A DNA stretch of 19,191 nt from Elusimicrobiota bacterium (GTDB taxonomy: Bacteria; Elusimicrobiota; Elusimicrobia; F11): contig JBJXGI010000105.1 of assembly GCA_046153645.1 (NCBI GenBank), forward strand, positions 1 through 19,191. Reading direction: 5' to 3'. How positions within the stretch are numbered: the stretch's first letter is position 1; each line of letters starts with the position of its first letter. Below the pieces are notes generated by a model. That model was not told where the DNA came from. It did not search any database and worked only from the letters and a program-made list of their open reading frames with translations. The translations under genes were made by a program, and so were the position numbers. Positions 1-9,300 of the stretch are shown piece after piece.

Positions 1-310
1 GCATTCGAGAATTTGATGTTTGTCATCCAAAAAGACCCACACCCACACTTTTGTTCCCTCCGGACTGAGTTGAAGGTTGCTTTGAATATTCCACGTTTTT
101 CCTGACATGCCGGGAATGGGTTCGCCGTCTTTGATGAGAGGTTTGGGGTTCGATAAGGCACCGGTCGTAAGGTCTCGGTCGCATTCGAGAATTTGATCTT
201 TGCCATCCAAAACGACCCACACCCACCCTTTTGTTCCCTCCGGACTGAGTTGAAGGTCGCTGAGAATATTCCACGTTTTATCTGGCAGGCCGGGAATGGG
301 GTCGCCGTTT
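1..310 (-). repeat. 180-bp (60-aa) tandem coding repeat, beta-propeller-blade-like; probably continues beyond the left edge
   Basis: 1-120 vs 181-300 match at 109/120 nt. Unit reads PIPGLPDKTWNILSDLQLSPEGTKGWVWVVLDGKDQILECDRDLTTGALSNPKPLIKDGE. The LSPEGTK-W-W turn resembles lactonase/PD40 blades. Confidence 0.9.
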
Positions 311-3300
311 CTGGGAAAGCCTGAAATGGAATCGGCATTTTTGGCGGTGTAATTATCCCAGTTGAAGAGAGTGGGTGTTGCTGTAGCTTTTTCTTTTTCC
401 AACTGTGTTTCTGAAAACAATTCTCGAATTGTTTCTTTATCAATCATTTTCAGCGAAATCATTTCAATAAGCAGGGGAATGATGGTTTGGGCGAATTCTG
501 AGCCTAAAACAGAAGAAAGCCAATGTGAAATGTCTCCCAACTCAGGTTCTTGTGGTTTGGGGTAAGTTTTTCTGGCAATTTCATACAAGGATACTTTTGT
601 AATGGCGTCATTAAGCGCCACGGTGGCCGTTCCATTTCTTACAAGATCTAACGCTTTAATAATTACTGTGATCACATTAATTTCTTTTTTCAATGTGTCT
701 TGAATCGATTCAGGGTTAAAAGCATTGACCAGTTTTGAGATTTGTTCCGGTGTTGGTAGTGCATTTATTGTTTTATTGATCAACAAGTCAACCAACGCTG
801 GAGCTAGTTTTTTTAATGCTGTTGATATTTGAGAGTGAACATTTTCTGCTATTCCTTTTGCTTCAATTTCACTTTGAAGCGTAAATATGGTAAAGGCTTT
901 TGCTTGTTTTGAAACAGAATTATGTAATTGAGATTCTTTAATCCATTTTGTAACCGCTGCTTTTTGATCATTATCAGTTATGCCTAATTTGTCTATGATA
1001 AGTTTGGTGGTGTCTTCTTCTTTTAAAAGTTTTAAAGATTCATCGGTTAAAGCTTCTAAAACTTTATCTATGGTTTCATTTTTCTGTTCTGGAAATAAAT
1101 GTTTCCCATTTGTTTTTATTTCAGATTCAATTCCCGCAAATAGTTCTCCTAATGATTTCCCAAGATCGTCTGAATGGTTTAAAATTTTAGCGCGCCTTTT
1201 GGCGTAAAACTGCAATCTGGTTTGAGCCATGGGGCGAACGGCTTGAAGCGCAATACGCTCATGATCGGGGTCTGTGATAATCATTTCTCTAATATATTCG
1301 CTTTCTGCCTCTAATAAACGAAGCGGGTAGCGCCCGAAATTTTGAATCAAACGATGAATTTGCCGGTAATCGGGAGGAGAACCCAATTCACTTTTTCGGT
1401 AAGCTTCTAAAAGATTAAGCTGAGACTGTGCTAAAGCTGTGATGGTTTCTTCTGTGAGATCTGTCCATTCAAAGCCATTATCGATAGCTTCTTTTTTTAA
1501 ACGAATTTGATCAGTGAAGATAAGACTTTTTAGTTGTTTTAGGTTAAGCGGTCTACGTTGAAATATTCTCACACGTGAAGAAAATTCAGCGCTGAGCGCA
1601 TTAGATTGCGTGGAGCCTGTGGCAGGGTTTCCATCAAAAACCATGTGGAATTTTCGCCCTTGGGCTTTTGCGCGTGCTGTTCTGCCTCCAGCAAAAGTTT
1701 GAAAGCCATATTCCATAACATTGTTTAAAGCGGCCATGACACTTTGTTTGGCTTTGGTGAATTCAGAGAAATTAATGGGAAGATCATCTGTTAAAGCGGT
1801 TTCTAGTGGAGTTTTTGGAAAATGGCTTTTCGCATCTACAATTTGTTGAGTTCCCAAAATATCATCGCCCTGCATGCTTTCAGTGATTTGAGGGGGTTGA
1901 ACCAATGGTTGACGTAATAACCCTTTATATAAATAGAGAATAGATTCTGTTTTCCCGGTTCCTTTTTCGCCAATAACGGCATAGTGAAACCCTAAATAAA
2001 TGGTTTTGGCCATGTTGTAAAGGTCAAGCCGATTGGTAGGGGTATCTAAAAATTCAAGAACCTCTGCTTCACTTAAAGGAAGATTGCCTTGTTCAATTTC
2101 AAATTCAGGAACGCCATTTTGGTGATTCCCAAAAACAATGGTTCTTTTTTTAGTTGTAACGCCATTTTCTGTGATTGTTTTTATATTGAGCCTGGGCCAT
2201 TCGGGATCAATAGTAGGGTCTTCTTTTTGATCCAAATAATGTTTATTGAATTTATCGGCTCCTCCTAAAAATTGATTACATAATTCATCAAATTTAGTTT
2301 TCAATCCTGCCTGTTCTGATTCCTCTAGTAAAAATATGGGATAGTCCATCAATAAAATATCCCTCACATAGGCCAGGTCGTTGGGAAAGGCATAAATATG
2401 GTCGAGTGTTCGTTTGACTTGTCTTGGGTCCATGGGGGGAATTCCAGCATTTCGACCAATGTTGGAATTGGCATGCGCTGTGATGGCTGCCGCTATATTA
2501 AATAATTGAAGGGTGATTTTTTCGAAAATAGGGTTTTCTAGTTTTTTTGTGGCAGTTACTTGGTAATTTTTTTCTTCTTTTAAATTTTGGTTTCGAACGA
2601 GGATCTTTTCTTTTGAAGTGGTGGGATTTAACGCTGTTTGATTTGATAATGGAATTTCTAATTCTTTGTAAGTGATATTTGAATCAGAGCCTAAAATTTT
2701 AGCCATATACATTTTGGTTTGTTCTACAGCGGAAGGGTAAACAAACGGAACGCCACTTAACCGACTTAAAAAATCGGAAACATTGTCTAAACTTTGGCCG
2801 GCGTAAATTCCGTTGGGGGGGTTCCACAAGAAAAAGGCGCGGAAATGGTCTCCTGCTTTGATGACAGATCCATTTGGTAAGCGGAGTCGACGGTTTTGAT
2901 TAACAGTATTAAGTGCCGTGAGAGCACCAATGCGACGTGGTTTGGTGGCTTCATCTACCGCAATCCAATCGCCCACGCGGGCAGAGTCAGCATATTCACT
3001 TAAAAAAAGATCGGTGGTACCCGGTTTAAATAAACCAACAGTGGTTTTCCATAAAAGATCAATCTCGTTAATGTCTTCATGAAGACTCATGGTTCGAACG
3101 GGTTGCCGTAAAAAAGCGGCCAAAACATAAACGGCGGTGTTTTTCCCGGTGCTTTTATCACCTGTTAAAGCGAGATTTGTGGATGCGGGGTCGGGGCGGC
3201 TTAATACTTCCATCATATCGGCCAATTGATTAAGGAAAGTGGGCGTGAGTGTAATAATTCGTGATTGCCCTTCAACGGTGAGCCTGATTTGATTGGGAAT

Positions 3301-6300
3301 GAGTTTTCCATTTTTAAAGACTTGTTGAACTGAGGGAACATTTTTTTCGAATTTTTGAGTGGTTGTAATACTGCTATCAATTTTCCATCCCCAAACTTGG
3401 GGTGATATTAAAGAACCGGAGAAAATTTCTTTTCCACTCTCATCATTAACCTTGATATCGTTTTCATTGAGCACTAAACCCAATTCCGCAGGAGGGCCGT
3501 TACCCAACCCAGAAACCGTACCATCGGTTTGTTGTTCGTACCACACCCAGCGGTCTCCCAACCATTCTCCATAAATTTCTGGAATATTTCCTGGTCGTTT
3601 AATAGAGAGTCGGTGCCGTTCTAACTCCCATTCAATGCCTTTATGAGTAAAAAGAGTTTTATTGGTGTCGTTTCGAACAGGAAGCCTGACTTTTTGACCA
3701 AATTTATCTTGGAGGGTGAAATAGGTGATTTCACTTGTATTTTCAAATTCATAGGGAGGTTTTTCATCATTATTATTTTGTGCGTTACTTGAATTGGGGG
3801 GAAGCATATTTAGAGTAAGAACAAAAAGAATAGCAATAGTGATAAGTAAAAGAGACGGCGGTAAAAAGCCATTTGAAAAAAGCCCTGTGAGTGATCCAAA
3901 AATAAGAAGGGGTGCGGATAAATCATGCGCTTTACGCAGTTTTCTGCTGGCTTTTTTTATCATTTCAGTGGTGTTGTTTGTTAGTTCGGTACGGAGTTCA
4001 TCAGGGTTATTTGCGTGGGACCAAAAAACGTGGGGATTTGTATCTGTTTTGTACACCGCTTCAATTGTTTTTTTAACGGTGTCACCTCCACCTACGCCGG
4101 CGGTAAAATAAAAAATATTTTTATTAGAAGGATCGTCAAAAACATCTTGCACAGCTGGGCGAGCGGAAGCAACGTTTCCGTCTGTTCCGTGAATCACAAG
4201 GGTAATGGCGCGTTCGCCTTTGGTTCTTTCTTTTAAATCCTTGCTGGCTTCTTTAAGTGTGGGGGCATCGGCAGTGCCTGCTCGGTCAATACGACTGGAA
4301 AATAATTTCTCAATTGATTTTGCCAATTCTTTTTCTGTTATTTTTTGACCCGCTTTAAGAATGAGAATATTGGCATAAGCGGCGTAACCGCGAATTCCCA
4401 CATTTAAGTTGAGAAGTCCTCTCCATTTACCGCTTCGGTTCAGTTCAATAAAAGCCAGCGCTTGCGCTATAAAAGCGACAGCAGTTTGTACAAGGGGAGA
4501 ATCAAAATCTAATTTACCTTCATTAGTAAAAGGGCCGCCCATACTTCCGCTTACGTCTAAAACAAGTTCAAGGGCTACTGTTAAAGATTCGGGGGCTGAA
4601 GTTCTCTCTAAAGCTTTTCCATCTATAAAAACACCAACAACATTATCGGGGTCTAACTTTTTCCCGGAAATTTGGCGGCCTTCTTTTCCTTCGGTGATGA
4701 GGGCATCAAAATAAGGGCTCCATTTGTTTTTTAACGTTTGAGCCAGTGGCATGGCCGCTTGGCGAAGCTCCATCCAATGCTCCGCCCATTGGGGGCTTAC
4801 TTCAAGCCGTTCGGCCCAATCTTGTGCTGAGTTACCTTTGCCGGCGCCTCCACTACCTGGAGTGCCGGGTTTATTACCAAAATCCTCTAAAGTTTTTAAT
4901 AAGTCAGAATCTAAATCACCCTGCTGTGGCTCTCCTTTATTCGCTGAGTCTTTACCATCTTCACCATCGGGTTTCCCTGGGTTTGTTGTGGGAGATAAGG
5001 CTTCAGCTAATTGTTGTAATAATTCAGCGGCTTTATCTGCTTTATCTCCAACTTCATTTGCTTTATCTGAAATTTGATTGGATTGCCCATCGATTCCTTG
5101 AGATTTTGCCTGTGTTCCGGTTGTGTCTTCTCCCGTTCCTTTTTTGATTTCGTCTAATAAACTTTTTGCCGCTTCCGCAATTTGATCGCTCAATTGATTC
5201 GCCTGGTTCGCGGCATTCTCCATTTCAGTTGCATTTTGATTCGCATTGTTTGAACCCTTCATATTTTCCGTTGTTTTTTGAATACCTTGGGAAAATTGTT
5301 TGGTTTTATTAGCCATTAATTTGGCCAGAGCGGCTAATTGTTGTGCCAAGTCTTTCATTGTGTGGGCTGTTTTGGGGCGGTTTCCGTTCCCTTCTTGGGG
5401 TAATGCTTTGGCTTTCTCACCCAGTTGTTTTGCAAGTTCAGCCACTTTTTTGGCCAGGTCTTTTATATCGGGGACTTCATTCCCAAGGGCTTCGAGCATA
5501 TCTTTAAGATTTTGGAATTGTTGATTCATTTGTTGTTGTGCTTGTGAATTTTGATTGGCTTGTTGACCTGCCCCTCCCAATTGTTGGGCCATATTTTGTG
5601 CGGCTTTATCTAATTCATTTTGATCAGGGAAGTTTTTTTTGTCGGCTTCAAATATTTCTTTTAAAACAGGCCATATTTTTTCACGAATAATTTTCAAAGA
5701 TATCGAAATTTTTTCCTTCTCAACCAAGTCGGGGTTTCGATCTGGATCCATTTGATGTTTGTCTTGAACATTTTGGCGGGCTTGTAATTTTATTGTTTCT
5801 TGGTCCAATAATTCATTCCAATCATTCAAAGAATCTTTGATTTTTTGAGCGGAAATGTCACTAACTCGCGGGTCGGGTTCTCCTTTTCGAATTTGGAACA
5901 TAATTCCTTCTAAATACTGAATAATCCCTGGTTGTTTTTCCATGTAAGTTTTTGCGGCGGGGTTTTTAGGATTGGGGTATTTGTTTAAAACCATGCGCTC
6001 AAATGTTTCAATAAGCCCTGGTCTTTGTTTTATTAAATCTTTTTCAATGATGAGTGTTTGTGCCGTTCCCCAAAGCAGTTGAAATAAAGTATCAACATTT
6101 TCTTCATTGATGAAAGTGGTTTTCATTTGCTGAAGAACAACCCGCGCCTGCGTGAGCCCTTGAAGTTTGGTGATTTCTTCATCTGGGTTAAAAAAATCTC
6201 GAAGTGGGTATTCAAAAATGGCAGGGCGCCCTTCTAATTCAGGGGTGAAACGCCACTGAGGTTGTTTATCTTCGGGAGACTTTGCTTTCCATGGTTGAAC

Positions 6301-9300
6301 CAGTAATTTAGCTATCCCAGTCAAACTTTGGATTTCTTCAGTTAAATATTGAGTTAATTTTTTTTCCCGGGCTTTATCCATGAAAATAGGTTCAAAATTA
6401 TGTTCTGCATATAATGCCGCTAAACCTGAATTTGCGTACTCAATTAAATGTCGAAGAGCAGGGAATGGGTTTGAATCAGAAGTTTCTTGTTTTGAATACC
6501 AGTAGTGAAACACCATCCCAATAAAAGCGCCTAGTTTTCGCTCAGCATATTGTCGGCCTCTCATCCAAGTTAATGCGGCTTTTTCTTTACTTTCAAAATC
6601 AAAGTCACTCCAGTTTTCGATAATAAAACCTCCCACAATGAGTTGGAGGTTTTCAAAATCAGTTCCCGATGAAATATTTTTCCCTGGTTCGTTTGCTTGT
6701 GCAAATGCCTTGGCTCGTTCTAGTAAACGTACGCCTCCTATTTCTTCATGGATACTAAATCGTTCTGCGTCAGGTTTAACTGAACGTAACAATTCCAACA
6801 TAGAAACAGCCATCGGGGCGAATTCGCTTGATGATGGTAACTGCAATACATTTCGAAGACTAAGGCCATGGACAGTTTCATGCATAGCGATTTCTCGAGA
6901 CAAAGTTACGTCTTCTCTCGGTTGCATAGACACTTCAAGATGAGGTTTATTCAATGGAAGATGATCGGGAATTAATTTGTCGTTGGGTAGTGTTAAGCTT
7001 AAAGTTAATTGCGCAATCATTTTTTCAATAGGTTCATTGTTTTTTATCATGGATTCTATTTCATCTGGTATAAATATTGTGTTCCCATTAATGGTATTGA
7101 TCCGGAATTGATTTTTGAATGGTTTGATATCTTCTTTTTGATTTTCAGGAAATGAATCAAAAAGATTGTCAACGGCTTTTGTAATCTCTGAACGCATTTT
7201 TTCTGATAAACCTTCAGTATTTCCAGCGATCCAAATTTCACCGGCTCTTACGGGGGGGATTTTTGCCTCAGGGTGTGAGGGCCAAAGACGTTTTGCGTTA
7301 TCTTTATTGATCAATGTTTTTAATTCTTCAAAACTCCTCACTTCTATTCGAATTTTTTTGGCTAGCTCTATCGCACGTTCTACCGCTATTTGAAATGATT
7401 TATTGTCACGACTCATAATGTGCTGAAATAAACTTAAAGTTGTTTTACGATAATCTTCAATATCTTTAGTTATTTGTGCTTTTTCATCTGGACTGAGAGA
7501 AAGTCTAAAAGGAATAAATCGTTGCCAAGAAAAACCACGGAGTCCTTTGTAAGGAGGGCCTGTTTTTTGAAGCTTTTGATAAGCCAAAATAGCGGCTTGA
7601 ACGCCGTCTCCGAGTAATAGATTATAAAGCGCTATAACCAAGTTGACTGAGATAATCATTTCTAAAAAGAGCGACTCTCCCCATATGCGTTGTGCCAAAA
7701 GACCAAGACTGGCCAGAGCGATGTTAAGGGCAGGACCCGCCAAATAAATGCTCACGCGGGCATTTTCGTCTTTAAATTCAATGGGTTTGGCGCTCAGAAG
7801 TGAAAATATTTTTTTGACGATTGGTTGGTCGCTTTGAATCACTTCTCGAACATTGTTCCAGTGGGAGAAAAAATTGAGGGTCAAGCGACCTTGATCGCGG
7901 GGAGTACGATCTCCAAAGTAAATAGCGGCCCAGCCATGAGCCAATTCATGTAATACCACTGAAACAACAGCGATCATAATCCACAGGGGTGCATGAACTT
8001 TTAAAAAATGACTAAGGCTCATTGAAATTAAAATCAAAGATGTGTAAGCCACGCCCCATTTCAGTTCACGAATAAAGCGATTGTTTTGAGAAACATGATT
8101 GACCAATCGATAGAAAAGTTTGGGCGCGTCTTTCCTTAAAGTGGGAGCATCTTTCTGTGGTTCAATAGGACCAATACCTTCAGGAAGCCCTAAAAATAAT
8201 TTGCGACCTGAAAAAAGTTTTTGAAGTGTAGATTTTTCTTGAAGAAAATATCGAAGTGCTTCGGTTCCACTATTGGTTTTAATTTTTGAAATGCGCGGAG
8301 TCAGAATAGAAACAGTTGTTCCTTGTTTTTTGATGAGCTCAACAAGTCCTGCCGTATGAAACCCACCCACAAGCAAAGCTGACATTTTGTTTTGACCTAA
8401 ATTTTTCAACATGACGGGGTTTCGCTTTTCTGCCACGTGATAAAAATTTTCAAAGGATTTAAGCGTCATTCCCGAAATTTTTAATCGGGAATCTAGATCC
8501 CCGATTAAGACATTCGGGGATGACGAATACCTTTTATACTGTTCCCATTCTTCTGGCGTCAAAGAAAACGTGATCAACTTTTTTAATAAACCAAACCAGA
8601 GGTTTTTACTGACAAAATCTTTTTCTTTTTTATTCGAAATAATCTGCTTAATAAAACTTTGTTCTATCTTAAAAAGGTTTGACATCACTTCTGTCGGTTC
8701 AATCAAATCAACTAACAGAATATATTGAATAAATGACTGGAAAGAGGGAGTTTTTGAAAGCGACAAATGATATTTTGAAAAAAGTGCTTGGAGAAACTCA
8801 TAAAGCGCGCTTTGTTGAATTTTATGGGTTTGAAGGGCTTGAGTGACTTCTAATAAAGTCTTTTGGTCATTGGTTGATAGAACAGATGTTAGCTTCGCTA
8901 AAATAATATCTCTTTCCTGCTTGGCTTTTTGAAAGGGAATTCTTTTTTCAAGTTGATAAGCCGATAAAAAAGTTTCAACGCTTAAAGGAACATCATCAGC
9001 CGGTATTTTTTTTATTAATGTGGAGAGATAATCTCCCATATTAATTTGACCATGATCAAAACTTTTTCGCAGTGATAAAAAAGATTGTATGGGAGTAGAA
9101 TATTGAGATGCTTCTTTTGAAAGATCTGTTTCTATCAGATTTATTTCATGTTGAACTTCTTTTTCATTTTCCATTGCCTTTCGGTAGGTATCAACATGGG
9201 CTGAATATAAATTCGCTGATTCAACACCTTTAATGATGAGTTTCTTGAGAAGCAAGTGAGGAAGAGTAAGCCCCGCTAGTGAAGCTGCACCAATACGACC

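Noticed and set aside
1..310. 180-bp repeat as a CRISPR array or a DGR template/variable pair
   Set aside because: No short repeat-spacer structure; the period is a multiple of 3 and coding. Mismatches are not confined to adenines of either copy on either strand (at best 6 of 11), and no reverse transcriptase is in the window.
23..7393. Short ORFs in the track (23..274, 362..565, 980..1207, 3359..5524 cluster, 6638..6943, 7056..7241, 7166..7393)
   Set aside because: All overlap the giant minus-strand CDS antisense or out of frame, have no recognisable motifs, and look like shadow ORFs.
8464..8525. Palindrome as a rho-independent terminator or gene boundary
   Set aside because: It lies within a continuous reading frame and has no poly-U tail on either side.
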